NCBI GenBank assembly: GCA_029935075.1
Contig: JAOZKZ010000001.1
Span: forward strand, 1-54,949
Length of the DNA stretch: 54,949 bases
Reading direction: 5' to 3'
From: Campylobacterales bacterium
GTDB lineage: Bacteria > Campylobacterota > Campylobacteria > Campylobacterales > QNZT01
Shown here: positions 16,940-24,493 of the stretch, piece after piece
How the letters are laid out: the number at the start of each line of letters is the position of its first letter
How positions within the stretch are numbered: position 1 is the stretch's first letter
Notes under the pieces: generated by a model
The model's input: only the letters and a program-made list of their open reading frames with translations
Databases searched by the model: none
Told to the model about the DNA's origin: nothing
Translations under genes and position numbers: made by a program

Positions 16940-17379
16940 TGTATAAATTTATCAAAGAGTTAGAAAAAGACATAAGAAGAGAATCTAATATGTATTTTAT
17001 GTTCGAGGACATAAACCAAGAATACAAAGACAACATGACTATTTTGTTCAATTCTTTGATACAAGAGACTATCACCTCAGCAGTGTCTTATAAAATACAA
17101 TCAGAAAAAGTAATAGGTATAAAAGCCAATGAGCAAAAAGAAGCCCTAATAGAGCAATCCAAGGCTAAGTTCAACCAGTTTAATAAACTTGTGTCTTATG
17201 CTTCATTAAGTGGTGTACTAAATGAAATCGAGTTTACCACAGAACAGGATATTATAGAATCAGCAAGGAATTACGAAGATGCTTCTAAAATAGCAAATAA
17301 AGAAGGTGACACCAAGACCAGGGTATTTTTAGAAAGCCTGATGGACGAAGACCTCGAATTTTATGATAAACAAAACTAA
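16939..17379 (+). CDS. hypothetical protein (GTG start)
   Basis: GTG overlaps the upstream TAG by 1 nt and follows gaggag plus 5 nt. Confidence 0.5.
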   Translation: MYKFIKELEKDIRRESNMYFMFEDINQEYKDNMTILFNSLIQETITSAVSYKIQSEKVIGIKANEQKEALIEQSKAKFNQFNKLVSYASLSGVLNEIEFTTEQDIIESARNYEDASKIANKEGDTKTRVFLESLMDEDLEFYDKQN

Positions 17380-17388
17380 AGGAAAATA

Positions 17389-17946
17389 ATGACATTTAAA
17401 GACTACTTAACAGAGGATACAAGAGAAATACAAGAGGATAAAATAGCCGTGCTTTTATGCCTGGCTGAGAATGAGATTCTGACTGAATCTTACATGAGCG
17501 AGGCAGTAATTCTCGAGGGTGTTAAAGATTGGCTCAGTAAAGTGGGACTCAAGGTTCACAAAGGCGATGGTGTTATTGACTATGTTAGACAATTCAGCAC
17601 AGGTGCCGGGAAGCTTATTCTCGCTGCCATAAGAGGTGACAAAGAAGAGGTCAAAAGAATTGCCATGAGCCTTGACAGAGCCAAGGTAGTGGATTTTATT
17701 TTGAAGTTGGATCTCATCTCGCTTCACCTTATAACTGGCCCGATCCACTTTATTGACGGTCTCACGGGACTCGATTTAACAGCTAACCTTAAACATGCCG
17801 CTGAGGGTGCTAAATCAATGCTACAACAGACATGGGATGCACTGGTCCAAGTAAAAAATAACATATCAAGGGTAGTAAAAGGTGACAACCGAAAGGTTAT
17901 CTTTAATCATATCAACAATATAGAAAAAAACCTACCTAAGCCTTAG
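17389..17946 (+). CDS. hypothetical protein
   Basis: MTFKDYLTE leader. RBS is aaaggaaaataATG. Confidence 0.65.
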   Translation: MTFKDYLTEDTREIQEDKIAVLLCLAENEILTESYMSEAVILEGVKDWLSKVGLKVHKGDGVIDYVRQFSTGAGKLILAAIRGDKEEVKRIAMSLDRAKVVDFILKLDLISLHLITGPIHFIDGLTGLDLTANLKHAAEGAKSMLQQTWDALVQVKNNISRVVKGDNRKVIFNHINNIEKNLPKP

Positions 17947-17947
17947 A

Positions 17948-18733
17948 ATGATAGAACAAAAAGCTTGTGTTTACTGGATTACTTACTCAGGGGATAAACA
18001 CCCTAAGAACTATATAGGGTCTGTTTATACAGAGAAAATATCACAAGGATATATGGGTTCTTGTAGTTCTAAAAAATGGGCTGATATAGTCAAAAAAGAA
18101 CAAAAAGAACATCCTTGGTTATACACAGTAAAAATCATACATGAATGCGACACAAGAGAAGATGCCGGTATCATGGAAGGCTTGATACAAAAGATGTATA
18201 ATGTGGTTAACTCAGATGATTTTTGGAATATGTGTATTTCACATAATGGGCATATATATACCTGTAGAAAAGGTATAGAACCTTGGAATAAAGGCAAAAG
18301 AGGAGTTTATTCTGAAAAAACATTAAACCAAATGTCCGAATCGAAAAAGGGTGTGAAATTTCACACACCCGAATCCAAAAAACTACTAAAAGAAATAAAC
18401 ACTGGTGAATTAAATGCTTTTTATGGAAAACATCACACAGAGGAACTTAAAGCTCAATGGAGATTGGACCGTAAAGGTACTCAAAAAGGTGATAAAAATA
18501 GAAATGCCAAGTCAATAAATATATACAACGAAAATGGTGTATTACAGTATAGTTGTTTTGGTAATTTTATAGATACTTGTAAACTGAATAATCTGCCTAG
18601 TGCCGCATTGGGTAAATCATACAGAAACAATGGCGAACCTTTATATCAATCACAATCACCCCAGGCACACATACAAGAGCGATATAAACAATTCAAAGGG
18701 TGGTATGCTGTGTTTACCAAACCTAAGCCTTAA
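17948..18733 (+). CDS. GIY-YIG homing endonuclease (I-TevI/Seg-like) with NUMOD3-type DNA-binding repeats
   Basis: CVYWITYSGDKHPKNYIGS (GIY...YIG); downstream REDAGIMEGLI...N; repeated PWNKGKRG / SESKKG / FYGKHHTEE linker motifs; C-terminal helix-turn-helix-like segment. Confidence 0.85.
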   Translation: MIEQKACVYWITYSGDKHPKNYIGSVYTEKISQGYMGSCSSKKWADIVKKEQKEHPWLYTVKIIHECDTREDAGIMEGLIQKMYNVVNSDDFWNMCISHNGHIYTCRKGIEPWNKGKRGVYSEKTLNQMSESKKGVKFHTPESKKLLKEINTGELNAFYGKHHTEELKAQWRLDRKGTQKGDKNRNAKSINIYNENGVLQYSCFGNFIDTCKLNNLPSAALGKSYRNNGEPLYQSQSPQAHIQERYKQFKGWYAVFTKPKP

Positions 18734-18899
18734 TGAACCCAGGCACCACAAGGGTAACCCCCGAGTGGTGTTACAAAGAGTTATACCAAAAGGGAATAAA
18801 TCACCACCTGAGTAAACATCAATCTAATCTGTATGCCGTGAGGTGTACATGGAAAATGTATATTTACTATACTACTGGGGTGAAACCTAAAGGAAAAAG

Positions 18900-19715
18900 A
18901 TGAAATTTAAAGAATACCTAAAAGACCCTAAAGACCTCAATGAGTACATAAACAACAACTCAATGGAGAAAGAATGGAGTCTTATTCTTAAGGGTTGGAT
19001 TCCATTAAGACCAAGCCTTTTGGACTCTATGGAGATAGACAAGGTGTATCATGTGACTGATATAGCGAACTACGACAACCTAATCAAATATCAAAACCAG
19101 AAAAAGCAAATTTCCACTTTCACTAAAGGTAAAGAATGGCTGGCTTCTGGTGCCCGGACAAGGGGTGGTGTATTGGTAGAACTTAGGGGTAAAACGGTAT
19201 TCGTTTCGCCTAGTGACCTTTTCAGTGCCTTGTCAAGAAATGGTTACAGATGGATACAACCATCATTAGGTATGAAAAGATCAAGGGCTTTTGCCACCAA
19301 GGTTCAAGAAAAAGTATACCAGTATCTAAGAGACCAGACTAATTCCAACAAGATTCCTAAAAAAGTAATGGTAGGTTTGTTGTCAACCGCTGGCATAAAC
19401 CCTTTGTATAACCTTGTAGACGAACTCCCAAAAAATGAAAAAAGAGATTTTATTAAGTTTTACTTTGACCTGATAAAAAAGGAAATGAATAAACAAGTAA
19501 AAGACGATATCTTTAAGGATTTATTAGAACTCCAGGATGGAAATATATCCAATGAGGTGCTTTTGCATGACTACAAAATCATAAAGACATGGAGCATAGA
19601 CCAAGAATACGAAGACGAGAACAACCTTATACATAATTACATAGAAAAGAATGGTATCAATTACCAAGGCATGATAAAAAGAACCGTCCTTAATGACATA
19701 AAGAAGCTAAAATGA
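18900..19715 (+). CDS. divergent relative of the 7779-14439 family (retains His)
   Basis: MKFKEYLKD leader; VYHVTD; KYQNQKKQISTFTKG; GVLVELRGKTV; NGYRWI; FYFDLIKKE; SNEVLLHDYKI. Confidence 0.7.
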   Translation: MKFKEYLKDPKDLNEYINNNSMEKEWSLILKGWIPLRPSLLDSMEIDKVYHVTDIANYDNLIKYQNQKKQISTFTKGKEWLASGARTRGGVLVELRGKTVFVSPSDLFSALSRNGYRWIQPSLGMKRSRAFATKVQEKVYQYLRDQTNSNKIPKKVMVGLLSTAGINPLYNLVDELPKNEKRDFIKFYFDLIKKEMNKQVKDDIFKDLLELQDGNISNEVLLHDYKIIKTWSIDQEYEDENNLIHNYIEKNGINYQGMIKRTVLNDIKKLK

Positions 19716-20287
19716 AATTTAAAGAATACCTGAAACAAGACCTAAAAGACTTAAATGAATCAACCTTGACTATTTACCACGGGGATAATCACGAAACCAA
19801 AAAAATAGACCCTAAGTTGATGATGAACGGTAATGTTCAAGAAGGAATAGGGATATATTTCGGTAACCTTGTGGTAGCCAAATCTTATGGCAAAGATATA
19901 GTCCAGGCTGAGGTGAACCAAAAGGATTTTAAACCAAGCAGAGGAACAGTCAAAAGAAACCTTAAATTAGCATACAATATACTAAGAGACCTTTGGCATA
20001 TTGACCCTGAGAGTATGTATTATCTTATTACCGATTGGGTAGAAATAGTAGAAATAGAAGACATTACTCATGATGACATAAGACTATTAGCCCAAAAAAT
20101 GGGTTCTGATGAGGTCAGGAATTTTCAGATTACCCTTGCTGAGGCATTTGGTGTAGAGAATTTTGTAAAAATATGGAATAAAGTATACCCAAAGAACACA
20201 GGGACTTATGATAAAGATACTGGTTTTTATGCTATAATAAACCCTAAGGTACCTTTAGTTCCTTTTAAGGAACAAGATGAAATTTAA
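19712..20287 (+). CDS. small protein with PARP-like H...Y...Y motif spacing (candidate ART fold)
   Basis: MKFKEYLKQ leader; LTIYHG (His23), GIGIYFG (Tyr49), AKSYG (Tyr59). Confidence 0.65.
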   Translation: MKFKEYLKQDLKDLNESTLTIYHGDNHETKKIDPKLMMNGNVQEGIGIYFGNLVVAKSYGKDIVQAEVNQKDFKPSRGTVKRNLKLAYNILRDLWHIDPESMYYLITDWVEIVEIEDITHDDIRLLAQKMGSDEVRNFQITLAEAFGVENFVKIWNKVYPKNTGTYDKDTGFYAIINPKVPLVPFKEQDEI

Positions 20288-21047
20288 AGAATACCTGAAA
20301 GAGACTGAGATGAATGAGTACACCAAACACAAATTATCCGAGCTTATAAGCCTCAGGGCTATCCCTCTTTCTGAACCTATGATGAAAAGATTAGGATATT
20401 ATTGGGAAGACACCGTGGTGTATCACCTTACTAACTCCAAGAACCTCCCTGGGATGACAAAAGACCAGAACAAAAAAGCCCATATTTCTACATTTTCTAA
20501 GGGTGGTGCCGAGCTTGCCCGTTTACCATCTCAACCTGATGTACTTCTTAGGCTCAAGGGTGACGAGGTAATCCAAGGAAAATCTGATATATGGAGCCTT
20601 ACAGACACTCAGAATAGAAGATGGCTGGATATTAAAACGGATTCCAAAGGCGGTGAAACACTGTATAATTTTCTGAATGGGGTCTTACAGAAAGTCCTCA
20701 ACCAAAATGACTTAAACATAGAGCTTCAAAGAGGGAAGTCATTCGGTGGTGACAGAAACCTTGAGGTAGAGCTTAATAAGCTCACTAAAAAGCAAAGAAG
20801 TAAAATATATGGTATGTATATAGAAGAGGTAGAAAGATTCTTGAACTCTAGCTACAAGTACCTGAATACTTATCTTAATAACCTCAATCAGTTCCATTAC
20901 AATGAAATCATCCTAACGAATTGGGAAATCCTTGATGTAAAAAGCATAGAGATAGAATCCCCTTTGACTGTTAAGATGTGTGCCGAGCTTGGGTTGGTTT
21001 ATTCAGGGGTTATTCCAAGGAAGAGACTCTCTGGTTTGGTGATTTAG
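20277..21047 (+). CDS. divergent relative of the 7779-14439 family (retains His)
   Basis: MKFKEYLKE leader; VYHLTN; DQNKKAHISTFSKG; LLRLKGDEV; NRRWLD; YNEIILTNWEI. Confidence 0.7.
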   Translation: MKFKEYLKETEMNEYTKHKLSELISLRAIPLSEPMMKRLGYYWEDTVVYHLTNSKNLPGMTKDQNKKAHISTFSKGGAELARLPSQPDVLLRLKGDEVIQGKSDIWSLTDTQNRRWLDIKTDSKGGETLYNFLNGVLQKVLNQNDLNIELQRGKSFGGDRNLEVELNKLTKKQRSKIYGMYIEEVERFLNSSYKYLNTYLNNLNQFHYNEIILTNWEILDVKSIEIESPLTVKMCAELGLVYSGVIPRKRLSGLVI

Positions 21048-21090
21048 TTTTAAGGTTAATATGGTATAATATGGTATAATACGGTATAAT
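21048..21090 (+). promoter_or_regulatory. early promoter with three tandem -10 elements
   Basis: ttttaaggttaat followed by atggtataat atggtataat acggtataat (21061-21070, 21071-21080, 21081-21090). Confidence 0.65.
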
Positions 21091-21106
21091 ACAACAAAGG
21101 AAAAAT

Positions 21107-21457
21107 ATGAAAAGATTTAAAGATTTATTTGAAAAAAGAGAGCAATTAGATGTGGAAAAAATAGGTATAGATATAACCAACGATGGTGAAGATATAGATC
21201 AATTTGAAATATACCTAACCGTAGACACTAATGACATAGAAGATTCAGGGGCTGACTATGGTGAAGATGATAGTTATACTTGGGTTTATGATTGGATACC
21301 AAAAGATAAAAGAGCTAAAAGTCTAATAAAAAAATATAAATTAGAAAAACTTATAGATAAACTTGAATTTACTAGTGGTAAATGGTCGCCAAATCGTTTC
21401 AAAGATGACACTACTGCCTGGGTTGATATAGGAACACAAGATAGTAGTATGTATTGA
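21107..21457 (+). CDS. hypothetical acidic protein
   Basis: MKRFKDLFE leader-like start. RBS is aaaggaaaaatATG. Confidence 0.6.
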   Translation: MKRFKDLFEKREQLDVEKIGIDITNDGEDIDQFEIYLTVDTNDIEDSGADYGEDDSYTWVYDWIPKDKRAKSLIKKYKLEKLIDKLEFTSGKWSPNRFKDDTTAWVDIGTQDSSMY

Positions 21458-21807
21458 TGAAACCTAAGCAAATAATAATCATAAGAAAAGACCTCAATAT
21501 GACCAAAGGTAAATTAGTAGCCCAGGGGGCTCATGCTTCACTTTTGGCATTCCTTAAGGCTGATGAAAAAATCAAAGAAGAATGGCTCAATGACGACTAC
21601 ACCAAGATAACCCTTGGGGTCAAGTCCGAAGCCAAATTACTCAGTGTATTCAATATAGCTGTGCTAAAGGGACTCCCGGTGGTATTGATAAGAGACCAAG
21701 GATACACAGAGTTCCCGGAGCCTTGTAATACATGTGTAGGGATAGGTCCAGTATACCCAGATGAACTTAAAGGTGTCACCGATAAGCTACAGACACTAAA
21801 GGACTAA
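21457..21807 (+). CDS. peptidyl-tRNA hydrolase, PTH2 (archaeal/eukaryotic type)
   Basis: Near full-length motif match to PTH2: IIIRKDLNMTKGKLVAQGAHAS, W....TKITLGVKSE..L, LIRDQGYTEF, CVGIGP, VTDKL. ATG 21457 overlaps the upstream stop (TGATG); the track start at 21454 is a TTG. Confidence 0.85.
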   Translation: MKPKQIIIIRKDLNMTKGKLVAQGAHASLLAFLKADEKIKEEWLNDDYTKITLGVKSEAKLLSVFNIAVLKGLPVVLIRDQGYTEFPEPCNTCVGIGPVYPDELKGVTDKLQTLKD

Positions 21808-21808
21808 A

Positions 21809-22786
21809 ATGAATTTTAAAGAATACTTAGAAACAGGAATAGAGAGAACAGAGGTAAAGACAGAGGCGGTTATTACCAAGTTTGAAAAAGACGAACTCAA
21901 GACCATTCAAGAAATCCTTTGTATCATCAAAGACCACAAAGGCAAGCTGACCTATAGAGGGTTCAGTGGCATGAACCAGACCATAGGCACCGTGTCTAAT
22001 AAAAGAAGCAGTTTTTACGGTGCCTTGAGAAAAGAAGTCCATAGTTTCATCAAAGGACCCCTTGGTGTGAAATACCCTACCTTTGCCACCACGGATGAAA
22101 CCCAGGCTATGATGTTCGGGCAGACCTTTATATTCGTGTCCAAAGGGACAGGATATGTTCATACTTATATGAGAGATATTTTATCGGATACCACAGAAGA
22201 TACTAATTTTGAGGGAATGGAGAAAGGTTTCACCAAAGGCGATATAGATGATGTTTCAAAAAGAGCCATGGGTGAAATCATAGTAGACACCCCTGAGTAT
22301 TATCTGATAAATTACAAATACCTGGCAGGGGATTTCAGGTCTAAGTTTTTCAAGCCTAAAAAAGAGGCAAAAGACTGGCAAGATGTCTATGACCTTTTAT
22401 ACAATATACTGAAATATGAAAACTGGAAGATAAAAAACAACAAAAGAGATTCTTTTGAGGTAAACCAGCAAAAGCAAAAGAAAATGAAACTAGACCGTGA
22501 AAATGCCATTATTAATATGTACTCAAAGAAGCAAAGAGACCTAAGACTAAAGACAATAAGACAAGACACATTAAAGCACAAATTGCCTTTAATACAGTCT
22601 CAAAAAGAAATAAACAAAGTCCAACACTTACATAAATCAGACGGCAAGAGCATAACCCTGACATTCAAATACAAAAAAGACCCTAAAGTGATCTTGAAGT
22701 ATTATCAAGACCACGAAGAAAAGTTCAGCTCTGAGAATATGACAAGGTTCATTCGAGTACAAGGGTATGATTTAATTCTGGTTTAG
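21809..22786 (+). CDS. hypothetical protein, possible Arg-type ART-like N-terminal domain plus K-rich tail
   Basis: MNFKEYLET leader; KLTYRGF; about 43 aa later TFATTDETQAMMFG, which can be aligned to STFT....IFWG of the tandem family. No clear ExE motif. Confidence 0.65.
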   Translation: MNFKEYLETGIERTEVKTEAVITKFEKDELKTIQEILCIIKDHKGKLTYRGFSGMNQTIGTVSNKRSSFYGALRKEVHSFIKGPLGVKYPTFATTDETQAMMFGQTFIFVSKGTGYVHTYMRDILSDTTEDTNFEGMEKGFTKGDIDDVSKRAMGEIIVDTPEYYLINYKYLAGDFRSKFFKPKKEAKDWQDVYDLLYNILKYENWKIKNNKRDSFEVNQQKQKKMKLDRENAIINMYSKKQRDLRLKTIRQDTLKHKLPLIQSQKEINKVQHLHKSDGKSITLTFKYKKDPKVILKYYQDHEEKFSSENMTRFIRVQGYDLILV

Positions 22787-22789
22787 CGG

Positions 22790-22822
22790 TTTAAGTTTAT
22801 TTTAATCATTTTGTGGTATAAT
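22790..22822 (+). promoter_or_regulatory. early promoter cassette
   Basis: tttaagtttattttaatcattttgtggtataat, with TATAAT at 22817-22822. Confidence 0.65.
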
Positions 22823-22839
22823 ACCATAAAGGATTAAAA

Positions 22840-23352
22840 ATGGACTCTAGGAAAGTATTATACAACAAAGTAGGGAATGATGAAAATTACACCCCTTTTT
22901 ATGGCGTAGAGCCTATTTTAAAATACATACCCCGGGGTGCGGTAGTTTGGTGTCCCTTTGATACCCCTGAGAGTGAATTTGTCAAACAAATCTCCAATCA
23001 GAATAAAGTAGTCTTTTCTCACATAGACGAGAGTAAGGACTTCTTTGAATACGAACCAGAAAACTGGGATATAATTGTATCCAATCCTCCCTTTAAAAAC
23101 AAAAAGCTATTTTTCCTGAGGGCATTAAGCTTCAATAAACCCTTTGCTCTTTTGATGACCCTTGCATGGCTGAACGACTCGGCACCTAAAAAAATATTCA
23201 AGGATAAAGCCTTGGAGCTTTTGATGTTCGACAAGCGAATAAAATTTACTAATCCAGATGGCAGACCTAACAACAAAATCACATTTTCTAGTGCTTATTA
23301 TTGTCATGATTTTTTGCCCAAGCAAATAATAATGGAAGAACTTAGCACCTAA
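22840..23352 (+). CDS. small N6-adenine methyltransferase-like protein
   Basis: IIVSNPPF (motif IV, [DN]PP[YF]); VVWCPFDTPESEF (motif I-like); NYTP near the N-terminus. Confidence 0.6.
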   Translation: MDSRKVLYNKVGNDENYTPFYGVEPILKYIPRGAVVWCPFDTPESEFVKQISNQNKVVFSHIDESKDFFEYEPENWDIIVSNPPFKNKKLFFLRALSFNKPFALLMTLAWLNDSAPKKIFKDKALELLMFDKRIKFTNPDGRPNNKITFSSAYYCHDFLPKQIIMEELST

Positions 23353-23365
23353 GCACCTAAGCTCC

Positions 23366-23389
23366 TTTTAAGCAAAAGTGTGGTATAAT
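23366..23389 (+). promoter_or_regulatory. early promoter cassette
   Basis: ttttaagcaaaagtgtggtataat, with TATAAT at 23384-23389. Confidence 0.7.
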
Positions 23390-23420
23390 ATGGTATATTC
23401 TGAGAGAGAAAAGGACAAAG

Positions 23421-23621
23421 ATGGAAGTAATAGAATTTAAGTTCAAAAGAGAGCTATGGAAAGTCCAGGTGTACCAAAACAGGATTGATATTTTTGTGGA
23501 TGCTTTGGGTCAGTGGACATTCGTAGACACTCAGAAAACATACTCAAAAGACCCTGTAAAAGATGCTAAAGGGATCATCAGACAATTTAAACAATACAAG
23601 GAGCCTTCTAAAAATGACTAA
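23421..23621 (+). CDS. hypothetical protein
   Basis: First ORF after the promoter. RBS is aaaggacaaagATG. Confidence 0.55.
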   Translation: MEVIEFKFKRELWKVQVYQNRIDIFVDALGQWTFVDTQKTYSKDPVKDAKGIIRQFKQYKEPSKND

Positions 23622-23793
23622 GAAAACAGCCCTTAGTAAATTGTATTCACTGAACCAGCCTCACGAAGACTGTGTTTATATAAAAGATATTAAAGTGCTT
23701 TTGAATGACATCTTCAGAGAATACAAAAAAGATGAAAAAAAGACTCTTAGACTGGTAGACAAAGCACTTAAGCAAATAGAAGGATTAAGATGA
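23614..23793 (+). CDS. hypothetical protein (start revised from 23563)
   Basis: ATG 23614 gives an 8-nt overlap, compared with 59 nt for the track start. Confidence 0.45.
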   Translation: MTKKTALSKLYSLNQPHEDCVYIKDIKVLLNDIFREYKKDEKKTLRLVDKALKQIEGLR

Positions 23794-24191
23794 AAATCAG
23801 CACAGATTTACTAAACACTGTCCTTGGGATTGATTACCAAGGCGAAATAGAAATCAAAGACGAGCAGGTAAAATACGGGCATTATGTCATTAATATGTAT
23901 AAGTTCATGAGCCTTTGTAAAGAATGGGGAGTAGAAAAACATAGAATAGAATTATTTAGCAAAACAAAAGAACATTGGCAAACAACAGGAAAGTTTTATA
24001 AAGGGAAATCAGAAATAGAAATTACAGGATATAGTGGAATATGCATCATAAATCTATCAATATGTTCAGATGTAGAAGATGGAGAAGCTTATCAAAAGTC
24101 CAGATTTGAAAAAATCATAAAAGCAGATTCTGAACCAGAGGCTGTTTTCAAGGCAACAGAATGGATATTAGAAAACAAGGATAATGAATGA
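23790..24191 (+). CDS. hypothetical protein, member 1 of a three-gene paralog run
   Basis: ATGA overlap. Shares with the next two ORFs an N-terminal LL..VLG-type segment, a CKEW/AKEY/CKNW segment and the C-terminal A[VI]FKA.E.I motif. Confidence 0.65.
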   Translation: MKISTDLLNTVLGIDYQGEIEIKDEQVKYGHYVINMYKFMSLCKEWGVEKHRIELFSKTKEHWQTTGKFYKGKSEIEITGYSGICIINLSICSDVEDGEAYQKSRFEKIIKADSEPEAVFKATEWILENKDNE

Positions 24192-24493
24192 AAAAAACCC
24201 TCGAATTACTATTAGGACCGCTTCAAGAGTTTCAAGTCTTGGCTAACACGGTAAGATACCTCAAATTAGGGGACTACGATGACTACAAGTTTATCTATAT
24301 AGTAGAATTACAACAAAAGGCAAAAGAATATGCCCTAAAGAGAAACATAACCCTTGGTTCTTGTATTTTGCTCCAAGGGGCAAGATGTATTTTGGACAAC
24401 CTTGATACAGGAGAGTCCAAGATGTTCACAGCAGACACCGAGGCTGACGCTGTTTTTAAAGCCCTTGAATACATCAGAAAAGGAAAGAGATGA
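24188..24493 (+). CDS. hypothetical protein, member 2 of the paralog run
   Basis: ATGA overlap. It has TADTEADAVFKALEYI. Confidence 0.65.
   Translation: MKKTLELLLGPLQEFQVLANTVRYLKLGDYDDYKFIYIVELQQKAKEYALKRNITLGSCILLQGARCILDNLDTGESKMFTADTEADAVFKALEYIRKGKR

Noticed and set aside
18749-18775. Hairpin caccac-N15-gtggtg downstream of the GIY-YIG gene, considered as a terminator or small RNA.
   Set aside because: It has a 6-bp stem with a 15-nt loop and no T-run, which is too weak to call.
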